From Candidatus Magasanikiibacteriota bacterium (GTDB lineage Bacteria > Patescibacteriota > Patescibacteriia > Magasanikbacterales > GWA2-37-8), in assembly GCA_030650025.1 (NCBI GenBank), contig JAUSEN010000009.1, forward strand, positions 29,144 to 93,143: a stretch of 64,000 bases of DNA. Reading direction: 5' to 3'. This document shows, one piece after another, positions 38,502 to 46,495 of the stretch; the first letter of the stretch is position 1; each line of letters starts with the position of its first letter. The translations under genes and the position numbers were made by a program. The notes under the pieces were generated by a model, which saw nothing but the letters and a program-made list of their open reading frames with translations, searched no databases and was not told the DNA's origin.

Positions 38502-38591
38502 GCCGCGCTTCAATGGAATGCGAGCCGAGCTTCAAAGGACACTGCTCGGCACGATTCTGTTGAATCGGGCATGATTTCGTCAAATCATATG
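38502..38591 (+). promoter_or_regulatory. Conserved upstream element, copy A: GCCGCGCTTCAAWGG ... hairpin ... GACACTGC ... palindrome ATGATTT-cgtca-AAATCAT, then ATG.
   Basis: Shares its 5' 15-mer, a GACACTGC box and a terminal 7-bp-arm palindrome with copy B at 42855-42923. The palindrome arms covary (ATGATTT/AAATCAT here, ATGAATT/AATTCAT in B). Confidence 0.55.
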
Positions 38592-39083
38592 CGAATCCTC
38601 GGCATTGACCCCGGTTTTGGCCGCCTTGGCTACGGCGTGATTGAACAAAAGAAATCCGGCCAAGATTGGCAGGCTCTTACTTACGGCTGTATTTCCACCA
38701 ACCCCAAAGCCACGTTCGTGGAGCGTCTTAAAGATATCCACGAAGAGCTGGTAGATTTAATTAAAGAATATCAGCCCACCCGCGTGGCCGTGGAACAAAT
38801 TTTTTATTTCAAAAACGCCAAGACGGTTATTGACGTGGCGCAGGCGCGCGGAGTAGTAATTCTGACGGCTGTGGAAGCCGGCCTCCCGGTAGACGAATTC
38901 ACGCCCCTCCAAGTTAAACAAGCCATCACCGGCTATGGCCGAGCCGAAAAAGGCCAGATGCAAAAAATGGTGGGAGTAATTTTAAAAATTAAAGAACCAA
39001 TTAAATCCGACGACGCGGCCGATGCCTTGGCCGTGGCATTGACGGCTGGGCAAACTTTATGGCTCAAAAAATTCTTGAAATAA
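38589..39083 (+). CDS. ruvC: Holliday junction resolvase RuvC
   Basis: MRILGIDPGFGRLGYGV matches the RuvC N-terminus with its catalytic Asp. The ATG at 38589 right after the palindrome is preferred over 38571. Confidence 0.85.
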   Translation: MRILGIDPGFGRLGYGVIEQKKSGQDWQALTYGCISTNPKATFVERLKDIHEELVDLIKEYQPTRVAVEQIFYFKNAKTVIDVAQARGVVILTAVEAGLPVDEFTPLQVKQAITGYGRAEKGQMQKMVGVILKIKEPIKSDDAADALAVALTAGQTLWLKKFLK

Positions 39084-39601
39084 ACCCTAAAAAATACCCG
39101 TTTGTTTTAACCGTGCCTAACATTAGGAGCGGCCACAATGTGGGTGCTATGTTTAGGACGGCCGACGGCGCGGGCGTAGATAAAATTTATCTCTGTGGCT
39201 ATAGCCCGCGCCCGCCGCACCATCAAGTTGACAAAGTATCGCTCGGCGCCGAAAAATCCGTGCCGTGGGTAGGGGCAAGGTATGCCTTGCCCCTACTTAA
39301 GAAACTCAAAATTGCGGGTTACCACCTGGTTGCCTTGGAGCAAACCCCAAATAGTGTTAGTATATATAGGTGGAGGCCTGCCCGACTGAATGGCAGTCGT
39401 TCGGGCGGGCCACAGTTTCCACTCGCGCTTATTGTCGGCAACGAGAAGACTGGCGTTCCCCCGCCAATTTTAAAACTTTGTGACACGGTTGTGCATTTGC
39501 CCATGCGTGGCGCCAAAAATAGTTTAAATGTCAGTGTCGCCGCCGGTATTGCTCTGTATTATATTTCCGCAAAATTAATCCACGGGCATTCCCACGCCTA
39601 G
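39059..39601 (+). CDS. SpoU/TrmH-family RNA 2'-O-methyltransferase
   Basis: SPOUT motifs GNEKTGVP and SLNVSVAAGIALY. A GC-rich in-frame palindromic insert at about 39380-39425 encodes RPARLNGSRSGGP. Confidence 0.65.
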   Translation: MAQKILEINPKKYPFVLTVPNIRSGHNVGAMFRTADGAGVDKIYLCGYSPRPPHHQVDKVSLGAEKSVPWVGARYALPLLKKLKIAGYHLVALEQTPNSVSIYRWRPARLNGSRSGGPQFPLALIVGNEKTGVPPPILKLCDTVVHLPMRGAKNSLNVSVAAGIALYYISAKLIHGHSHA

Positions 39602-39693
39602 CCGCGCTGTCCTCGCCCAGAGGACAAGCGGCGTGCGAACTAAAATTTATTGTCAGCGACAGCGTCCAATCAAATATAATCCTGGTTAAATTT

Positions 39694-40416
39694 ATGCAAT
39701 CCACTGTTGAACTTTTTCGTCATTTTATAAAATCACTTCCGCCTCTAGTGCCGGAGTCGCTATTCGCGCGCGCGAACCACGCCCTTGAGCATGTTGAGAA
39801 CGACCCCAGTGTTACCTTGCCCGAAGTGGAAGACACTATGATAGAATTTGGTTATGAGCTTTGGCCGTATATCCGGGCCTATCGAGAGTTTTTGTCGCTT
39901 TACGAGGCTAAGCTGGGCGAGCATTTTTTATTGCCGCGGCTTTCTCCGGCGCTAGCCGAGCGCTACCATAATTTTAAAGTTTGCGGCGGCACGCTTCGTG
40001 ATTTGCATAGTGGCAATGGAGCTCAATTTTTTTCCGACGAAGAAAGAGGCGAGCTGTGCGCCGCGCTGGTAGGCTTAACGGCCGACACCCGCCGTTATAC
40101 CGACCACCAGCTTAAGTCTGCCGATCGCCAAAAGTTTTTAGAGCGCGTGGCCGAGTTCAAAATTTTAATTTCTGACGTGGCTAATAGGCTAGGGAGCCTC
40201 CTGGCCCTGGCGGACAGCGAACAAGACCACCCTACCTTAGCCAGCGAAATTAGGCAGCGCGTGCGCGCTTTTGAGTATGGTCTCTGCTACTTAGGCCCCG
40301 CCCTCGATTACGCCGCTGTTTGCCAGGCTCCCGAGTTTTTTCATGGCCGCCGGCACGAACTGAATCGCTTGCGCGGCATTCACCAGCCGAGGGTGGCGAG
40401 TTTTAGCCAAAATTAG
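39694..40416 (+). CDS. hypothetical protein
   Basis: 240 aa with moderately elevated GC and no family recognised. Confidence 0.35.
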   Translation: MQSTVELFRHFIKSLPPLVPESLFARANHALEHVENDPSVTLPEVEDTMIEFGYELWPYIRAYREFLSLYEAKLGEHFLLPRLSPALAERYHNFKVCGGTLRDLHSGNGAQFFSDEERGELCAALVGLTADTRRYTDHQLKSADRQKFLERVAEFKILISDVANRLGSLLALADSEQDHPTLASEIRQRVRAFEYGLCYLGPALDYAAVCQAPEFFHGRRHELNRLRGIHQPRVASFSQN

Positions 40417-40427
40417 CGGCCTTTATC

Positions 40428-40456
40428 TTGACAAAGGCTAATTTTTCTGCTATAGT
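40428..40456 (+). promoter_or_regulatory. Sigma70-like promoter TTGACA-17-TATAGT ahead of the decarboxylase operon, followed by a structured leader of about 175 nt.
   Basis: cttgacaaaggctaatttttctgctatagt. Confidence 0.5.
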
Positions 40457-40630
40457 ATCTACGTTTTTTACAATTTTTCAAATCTGCCCCGTTGCCGCCC
40501 GTCGGCACGCTGGCTTTTATTCTTAACCTGCTAAGTCCTAACAATTCCCCTAAGTGAACCCGAGGATTTCTGCCGCCAAGGCAGAAGCCGAGGGTGAGCG
40601 ACAAGATAGTTGTAGGATGATAAAAGCGTC

Positions 40631-42022
40631 ATGGCCAATACCAAGAAAAATAATTTTAAGAAATTTTGGAAACTAGGAAAAAAAGAAAATAATACCCAGT
40701 ATTTTGACATCGATAAAAACGGCGATCTCATAATCTTCGAAGGCAATTATCAATACAATGTGCGGGAGCTAGCGGCGCGTTTTGGCACGCCGCTCAAAAT
40801 CATGTTGCCTTATATCATTGAACAGCGCGTCGAGGACATGATGGACCTGTTCGAGGATTGTATTCGCGAAAACAAATATCGCGGCCAGTTTTATTACCAC
40901 TACCCCATGAAAGTAAACCAAAGCCGCGAATTCGTCCTGCCCCTTATTTCCGAAGGCGCCAATTTGGAAACCACCTCGGCCAACGAACTTTGGGTGGTTA
41001 AGCGCATGTGGCAGCAGAACCGTTTTAACAGCCGCATTAAAGTGATTTGCAATGGTCCCAAAACCGAGCAATATGTTAGCTTAATCGCCGAACTTAAAGA
41101 CAACGGCCTCGATATTGTGCCGATTATTGAGGATTTAGAAGAAGCGGAAACACTTAAAGATTTTCGAGGGCAAGTAGGCGTGCGTTTTGACAACGATTTA
41201 AAAGTAGAGTCGCATTGGGACAAAAAGGTAGAGCGGTTTGGACTAAGTCTGGAAGAGCTCTATTCGCTCGGCAAAATCAAAAACCTCACCATGCTTCATT
41301 ACCACTTGGGCTGTGAAGTTAAGCGGGAGAAATATTTCGTGCAATCCCTTAAAAAGGCCATGGAGGTATATGTGCGCCTTAAAAAAATTAACCCTTCGCT
41401 CGACACCATTAATATGGGCGGCGGGTTTCGGGCTAATTACTATGTTGACCCGCGCGGTGGCTACACCTATTCCATGAATTCCGTGGTGCGGGCCATTATT
41501 AAATTTTTAAGCAAGTTTTGCGCTGAAAATAACATTCCCCACCCAAACATTATCAACGAATGGGGGTCCTACATTGCCGCCCCGGCGCAAATAACTGTTT
41601 ATTCGGTAATTTCCACCAAACGGCTCCCGCGTTCGGCCGCCAAACAGTGGTATATTATTGACGGCAGTCTGCAAACCCAGCTCCTCGACACTTGGGCGAT
41701 TCATAAACAATGGCATGTGGTGCCGGTAAACAACGCTCGAGCGCCGAAATTAACGCGCACCTGGCTGGCTGGCCTCTCTTGCGACGCGGATGATAAATAT
41801 ACTGCCGGCGGTGGGTATCTTCTTTTACCGCGCGTGGAGGATTTAGAAGAAAAGGAAAAACAGTATATTGCTTTTCTTGACACGGGTAATTATCAGGATG
41901 GTTTTACCAATCACCACTGCCTCAATGCCGCGCCCGCGAAAGTTATCTGCCAAAATGGCGATGTCAAATTAATCAAGAAGCGCGAAAGCCCGGAAGATAT
42001 TGGTAAATTATTTGGGTGGTAA
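40631..42022 (+). CDS. PLP-dependent (fold-type III) arginine/ornithine decarboxylase
   Basis: HYPMKVNQ (PLP lysine), GGGF Gly-rich loop, and a substrate-site CDADD motif. Operon neighbours are a DHS-like gene and agmatinase. Confidence 0.65.
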   Translation: MANTKKNNFKKFWKLGKKENNTQYFDIDKNGDLIIFEGNYQYNVRELAARFGTPLKIMLPYIIEQRVEDMMDLFEDCIRENKYRGQFYYHYPMKVNQSREFVLPLISEGANLETTSANELWVVKRMWQQNRFNSRIKVICNGPKTEQYVSLIAELKDNGLDIVPIIEDLEEAETLKDFRGQVGVRFDNDLKVESHWDKKVERFGLSLEELYSLGKIKNLTMLHYHLGCEVKREKYFVQSLKKAMEVYVRLKKINPSLDTINMGGGFRANYYVDPRGGYTYSMNSVVRAIIKFLSKFCAENNIPHPNIINEWGSYIAAPAQITVYSVISTKRLPRSAAKQWYIIDGSLQTQLLDTWAIHKQWHVVPVNNARAPKLTRTWLAGLSCDADDKYTAGGGYLLLPRVEDLEEKEKQYIAFLDTGNYQDGFTNHHCLNAAPAKVICQNGDVKLIKKRESPEDIGKLFGW

Positions 42023-42043
42023 GATTCTAAATTAAAGAAAATC

Positions 42044-42128
42044 ACGTAGAGACGTTGCACTGCAACGTCTCTTTGCACTGCAACGTCTCTTTGCACTGCA
42101 ACGTCTCTTTGCACTGCAACGTCTCTTT
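42044..42128. repeat. REP family-1 array: four tandem 18-nt units forming GAGACGTTGCA-c-TGCAACGTCTC hairpins.
   Basis: cacgtagagacgttgcactgcaacgtctctttgcactgcaacgtctcttt..., immediately 5' of the RAYT-1 start. Confidence 0.8.
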
Positions 42129-42135
42129 AAAAATT

Positions 42136-42780
42136 ATGATAGAAAAATTTAAAAATAAATATCGAATACCATCGGCACGTTTGCCTGATTGGGATTACAG
42201 CAATGCCGGTTTATATTTTGTAACAATTTGCACAAAAAATAGATTTTGTTATTTTGGCGATATTATTAAAAATAAGATGTGGTTATCTAAAATGGGTAAA
42301 ATTGCACAGCAATATTGGTCGGAAATTCCCAATCATTTTTCACATGTCTATCTGGATGAATATGTAATAATGCCTAATCATATTCACGGTATTATCAGAA
42401 TCACGGAAAACAATGTAAATCATAATCACGTAGAGACGTTGCACTGCAACGTCTCTTTGCACTGCAACGTCTCCGAAACAACATCGCCAAAAACGCCAGA
42501 GACGTTGCACTGCAACGTCTCTACGCAAACGATGATGCAGAAATCGCTAATGTCAAAAATTTCGCCTCGGACTGGTTCGCTAGGCACCATTATTCGTTCG
42601 TTTAAATCAATTTTTACCAGAACAATCAATCAAGACCCTACATTGCAATATTTTGGTTGGCAAGAACGCTACTACGAATCGATCATCCGCGATCAAAAAT
42701 CTCTGGAACACATTCGCGGATACATTCGTGATAATCCAAAGAATTGGGAAAAAGATGAATTATTCCCGCATATTAAATAA
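42136..42780 (+). CDS. IS200/IS605-family Y1 (HuH) transposase, REP-associated (RAYT-1)
   Basis: DWDYSNAGLYFVTICTKNR and HuH YVIMPNHIHGII, with YY in ...FGWQERYYESIIRD... at the presumptive catalytic Tyr. Start refined to MIEKF...; the first 27 tool-ORF codons are REP translation. Confidence 0.7.
   Translation: MIEKFKNKYRIPSARLPDWDYSNAGLYFVTICTKNRFCYFGDIIKNKMWLSKMGKIAQQYWSEIPNHFSHVYLDEYVIMPNHIHGIIRITENNVNHNHVETLHCNVSLHCNVSETTSPKTPETLHCNVSTQTMMQKSLMSKISPRTGSLGTIIRSFKSIFTRTINQDPTLQYFGWQERYYESIIRDQKSLEHIRGYIRDNPKNWEKDELFPHIK
42428..42523 (+). repeat. REP family-1 copies (2.5 units) inserted in-frame inside RAYT-1.
   Basis: cgtagagacgttgcactgcaacgtctctttgcactgcaacgtctcc ... cagagacgttgcactgcaacgtctcta, encoding ETLHCNVSLHCNVS...ETLHCNVST. 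Confidence 0.75.
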
Positions 42781-42854
42781 ATATTTTTAAACAAAACATT
42801 CGGCCTTGCATTTTCTCGCTATTTTGTTAAAATAAGCTAGTATTTTGTAATTGC

Positions 42855-42923
42855 GCCGCGCTTCAAAGGTCGTTCGCGACATCGCGAGAGACACTGCGCG
42901 GCATGAATTTGTCAATTCATATG
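42855..42923 (+). promoter_or_regulatory. Conserved upstream element, copy B (see 38502-38591), ending in palindrome ATGAATT-tgtca-AATTCAT, then ATG.
   Basis: gccgcgcttcaaagg...gagacactgcgcggcatgaatttgtcaattcatATG. The outer stem is GCCGCGC/GCGCGGC. Confidence 0.55.
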
Positions 42924-44030
42924 AATTCTAAACAACTCTCCAAACTTTCTCCCAAACTGCGCGGGCTGATTATTGCCGAGAATAGCGCTGGTTCCAAGCG
43001 CACGGGGGGCCTCGCGGCGCACATTGCCAAAGCGCGACGGCCGGTAACGCAGTTTGCCGAAGAGACTCTCAACCACCTCAATGCCGGCTCCACACTGCAG
43101 TCTGCGCTTTGGTTAAAAAAGCATTTAGATAATGGTGGTAAACTTGTAGTAACTTTAGCTGGGGCGCTAAGCAGTTTTGAAATCGGCGTGATGCTCGCGG
43201 ATTTAATTCGCGCTGGCAAAGTACATTTGGTTTCCGCGACCGGCGCTAACCACGAAGAATCGTATTATCGCTATGTGGCTTATTCGCACTACGCCTATAT
43301 CCCGCGCTATACAGAATTGACGCCGGAGCAAGAGGCCGAATTGCGCGACGCCGGCCTGCGCCGCATTACCGACACTTTTTTGCCAGAAGACGAGAGCGTG
43401 CGCCTTATGGAGCCGCATTTACTAAAGATGTGGAGAGAGGCCGAGAAAAAAGGGGAGAGTTATTACCCCCACGAATATTTTCGGAGACTGTTTAAAAAGA
43501 ATTTAATCAAGCCAGACAAGGGCGCTAACCAAGCCGATTGCTGGGCCTATGCCGCTTATCAAAAAAATATTCCCATCGTGATTCCGGGCTTTGAAGATTC
43601 AACAATGGGCAATATTTTTGCGAGTTATGTTTATAATGGCCCGCATAAGCCAACCGGGGACACGGTTTTGAGTGGTCGCGTTATGAAAACCGGTCTCGAC
43701 TATTTTGGCTTCATGTATGACTGGTATATGAAAGAATCCAAAAATACCCCCATCGCTTTTCTCCAGCTCGGTGGCGGCATCGCGGCCGACTTCCCAATTT
43801 GCGTAGTGCCTTCACTTAAACATGATCTAAAATTACATAATAAAGTCCGCGACTGGGCTGGGTTTATCGAAATTGGCTCTTCGCCCATGTCGTACGGTTC
43901 CTATTCCGGCGCCGGCGGCAAAGAAAAAATTACGTGGGACAAATTATCTACCAAAAGTTATTATCAAATTATCCAGAGCGATGTGACCGTGGTGTTTCCA
44001 TGGATGGCGGCGATTTTGCTTGGGTTGTAA
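42921..44030 (+). CDS. deoxyhypusine synthase-like / homospermidine synthase-like protein
   Basis: DHS-like blocks VSATGANHEES, IPIVIPGFEDSTMGN and LQLGGGIAADF. Start is placed at the ATG after the palindrome; the upstream ATG at 42903 is an alternative. Confidence 0.65.
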   Translation: MNSKQLSKLSPKLRGLIIAENSAGSKRTGGLAAHIAKARRPVTQFAEETLNHLNAGSTLQSALWLKKHLDNGGKLVVTLAGALSSFEIGVMLADLIRAGKVHLVSATGANHEESYYRYVAYSHYAYIPRYTELTPEQEAELRDAGLRRITDTFLPEDESVRLMEPHLLKMWREAEKKGESYYPHEYFRRLFKKNLIKPDKGANQADCWAYAAYQKNIPIVIPGFEDSTMGNIFASYVYNGPHKPTGDTVLSGRVMKTGLDYFGFMYDWYMKESKNTPIAFLQLGGGIAADFPICVVPSLKHDLKLHNKVRDWAGFIEIGSSPMSYGSYSGAGGKEKITWDKLSTKSYYQIIQSDVTVVFPWMAAILLGL

Positions 44031-45117
44031 TTTTATGAAGAGAAACAAGCTTAACAAACAACAAAAAATCGCCAGCTACGACCCCGGCATGATTTATGCC
44101 GAGCATGGCTTGTTTGGTTTGCCGTTTACTAACGAGGAGTCCGATGTGGTTTTAATTCCGATGCCCTGGGAGGTAACCACGTCATATCGGGATGGCACTG
44201 CCCAAGGTCCAGAATTTATGACTAAGTCTTCATATCAAGTAGATCTCTATGACGAGGATATAAAAAATGCTTGGCACGCTGGCATTGCCATGGAGTCTAT
44301 TTCTAAATATTGGTTAAAGAAGAACAAAGAATTGCGCCCGCTGGCCGAGAAATGTATTGCAAATATCGAGAAGGGTGGCACGCCTCAAGATAAAAAAGTT
44401 ATTAAATTCTACGAAAAAATTAACGCCGCCAGCCACGAGCTAAATACCTGGATGAAAGCTGAATCCGCCCGGCTGTTAAATGCCGGTAAGTTGGTAGGGG
44501 TAGTGGGCGGTGAGCATAGCGTTCCGTATGGCCTTATGCAAGCTCTTGGCGAAAAATATAATAAATATTCTATTTTACACATCGACGCTCACGCCGATTA
44601 CCGCCAAGCGTACGAAGGGTTTGCCCACTCGCACGCCTCTATCCAATACAACGCGGGGTTACTGCCGTGTGTAGAAAATCAGGTTTTGTTGTCTATTCGA
44701 GATTATTCCGAAGAAGAGGCTGGTTATATTGCCAAATCAAGAGGCAAGATTATCGCTTTTTCCGACCGTATTTTAAAACGCAACAGCTATACCGGCACGA
44801 CTTGGCAAAAGCAGTGTGAACAAATTATTAAGCCCCTCGGTGAGAATGTTTATATTAGTTTTGATATTGACGCGCTGGATCCGAGCCTCTGCCCGCATAC
44901 CGGCACGCCCGTACCAGGGGGCCTGGAGTTTGAACAAGTTTTTTATCTTCTAGAGTCACTCCTCAAAGCCGGTAAAAAAATAATAGGCTTTGATCTGTGC
45001 GAAGTCGCTCCCGGCGCCGGAAGTAATGGCGAGTGGGACGCCATCGTCGGCGCCCGAGCGTTGTATCGGTTGAGCCTGCTTCTTGCCAAGTCGCATGGTA
45101 AAAAAGTAGGGCAGTAG
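44020..45117 (+). CDS. agmatinase (ureohydrolase family)
   Basis: Mn-binding motifs GGEHS, HIDAHADY and SFDIDALDPSLCPHTGTPVPGG. Confidence 0.8.
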   Translation: MGCNFMKRNKLNKQQKIASYDPGMIYAEHGLFGLPFTNEESDVVLIPMPWEVTTSYRDGTAQGPEFMTKSSYQVDLYDEDIKNAWHAGIAMESISKYWLKKNKELRPLAEKCIANIEKGGTPQDKKVIKFYEKINAASHELNTWMKAESARLLNAGKLVGVVGGEHSVPYGLMQALGEKYNKYSILHIDAHADYRQAYEGFAHSHASIQYNAGLLPCVENQVLLSIRDYSEEEAGYIAKSRGKIIAFSDRILKRNSYTGTTWQKQCEQIIKPLGENVYISFDIDALDPSLCPHTGTPVPGGLEFEQVFYLLESLLKAGKKIIGFDLCEVAPGAGSNGEWDAIVGARALYRLSLLLAKSHGKKVGQ

Positions 45118-45133
45118 CTTTTTAGCTTTAGCT

Positions 45134-45667
45134 ATGCCCAAAAAAGTTCTCCTTATCATCGCCCACGAAGGTTTTCAGCCCATGGAATACAGCGCGCCGA
45201 AAAAAGTTTTGGCTGATGCCGGGGTAACGGTAGTAACCGCGAGCGACGCGTCCGGGATTGCAACGTCCGCCCACACTGGCGAGCGGGTTATGGTAGATTT
45301 GACGCTCCTCGAAGTCCGAGCGGTTGATTATGACGGTATTTTTTTTATCGGCGGCCAGGGAGCCTTGGATCATTTAGATAACGAAGATTCGTACCGAGTA
45401 GCGCGCGAGGCCGCCGCTTCCGGCAAACTCTGGGGCGCGATTTGCGTTTCACCCCGCATTCTGGCTAACGCCGGGGTGCTCAAAAACAAAATCGCCACTG
45501 GTTGGGATGGCGATAATGAGCTGGCCGGAATTTTAGCGGCCGCCGGCGCCACTTACCAGCGGGAATCAGTAGTCCAAGATGGTCAATTAATTACGGGGAG
45601 CGGCCCGGCCGCGGCCGAGGAATTTGGGAAAACAATTTTGGCGGTGTTGACTATGGTATTGGCTTGA
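45134..45667 (+). CDS. DJ-1/PfpI-family protein
   Basis: Nucleophile elbow AICVSP and a class I glutamine-amidotransferase-like fold. Length is 177 aa. Confidence 0.8.
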   Translation: MPKKVLLIIAHEGFQPMEYSAPKKVLADAGVTVVTASDASGIATSAHTGERVMVDLTLLEVRAVDYDGIFFIGGQGALDHLDNEDSYRVAREAAASGKLWGAICVSPRILANAGVLKNKIATGWDGDNELAGILAAAGATYQRESVVQDGQLITGSGPAAAEEFGKTILAVLTMVLA

Positions 45668-46457
45668 GCTGAACTGTTGGTTTGATTTTAATAGTTTTGA
45701 TAATCGCGTCCATTATTTTGGTATTTGTTTCCGCAAATATCTGCCGCGCGCGATTACAATCCGCGTCATCGGTCGCACACCCTTGGGTCGCGATTCCGTA
45801 GGTAAACTGGAAAGTAAACACATAATCATTTTGCTCGAGATTTATATAGTAATCGTGCGTTTGCCCTCCTTCCGCGTAGCCAGTAACGTATTCTTTACGT
45901 GGCCGTGTTAGGCCCGAAATAGTTACCGTATCAATTTTCGGCTTGACTATTTTTGAATCATCGCCAGCATAATCATCAACCACGACTTCAGTTCGATAAT
46001 CGTCTTTGGGTACAACCGTAACGGAAAGTTGTAATGGAAAAGGACTGCCCGGATCCCCGGCAAAAAATGGCCGCCCCATACTCAAATTAAAATATCCCGG
46101 CCGGGAATAGATCACTTCTTTTTTAATCTTCCATGACAAGGGGTGAAAAAAATAAAAAGAATAATTTTTAAGGCTGGTCCTGGAGGTGAACTTTGGCCAA
46201 GTGGCTGCTTGGTTCAATTCTGTCTGAAGAATAACCAGATCGTTCCCAGAACTATCCTGATAAAATTCGTTTGTAGTTTCCGGTATTAAAGAAACTGGCT
46301 TGAGAGCAGTACTCGTGGGCATTTGTGATTCAAGCGGTGGTGAGCTGGTAACAACCATTCGGATAGATTGTTTGGCAGAACAGCCAATGCCAGTTAGCAA
46401 AAGCAAAGCAATGCCTACCCAAGCAAGTCCATATTGCCTACGGGGTGGTAGATACAT
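45651..46457 (-). CDS. hypothetical exported protein or lipoprotein
   Basis: N-terminal signal with ...LLLLTGIGCSAK. Confidence 0.4.
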   Translation of the reverse strand: MYLPPRRQYGLAWVGIALLLLTGIGCSAKQSIRMVVTSSPPLESQMPTSTALKPVSLIPETTNEFYQDSSGNDLVILQTELNQAATWPKFTSRTSLKNYSFYFFHPLSWKIKKEVIYSRPGYFNLSMGRPFFAGDPGSPFPLQLSVTVVPKDDYRTEVVVDDYAGDDSKIVKPKIDTVTISGLTRPRKEYVTGYAEGGQTHDYYINLEQNDYVFTFQFTYGIATQGCATDDADCNRARQIFAETNTKIMDAIIKTIKIKPTVQLKPIP

Positions 46458-46495
46458 ACAATTATGGCAGGAAGTTTTTATACAGCTAACGAAGG

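Noticed and set aside
41911-42114. A 67-aa ORF (MQRDVAVQRDVAVQ...)
   Set aside because: It is a translation of the REP-1 tandem array on the opposite strand.
42057-42128. Tandem 18-nt repeats that might be taken for a CRISPR array
   Set aside because: The units are contiguous with no spacers and are perfect palindromes. This is a REP array next to a RAYT, not CRISPR.
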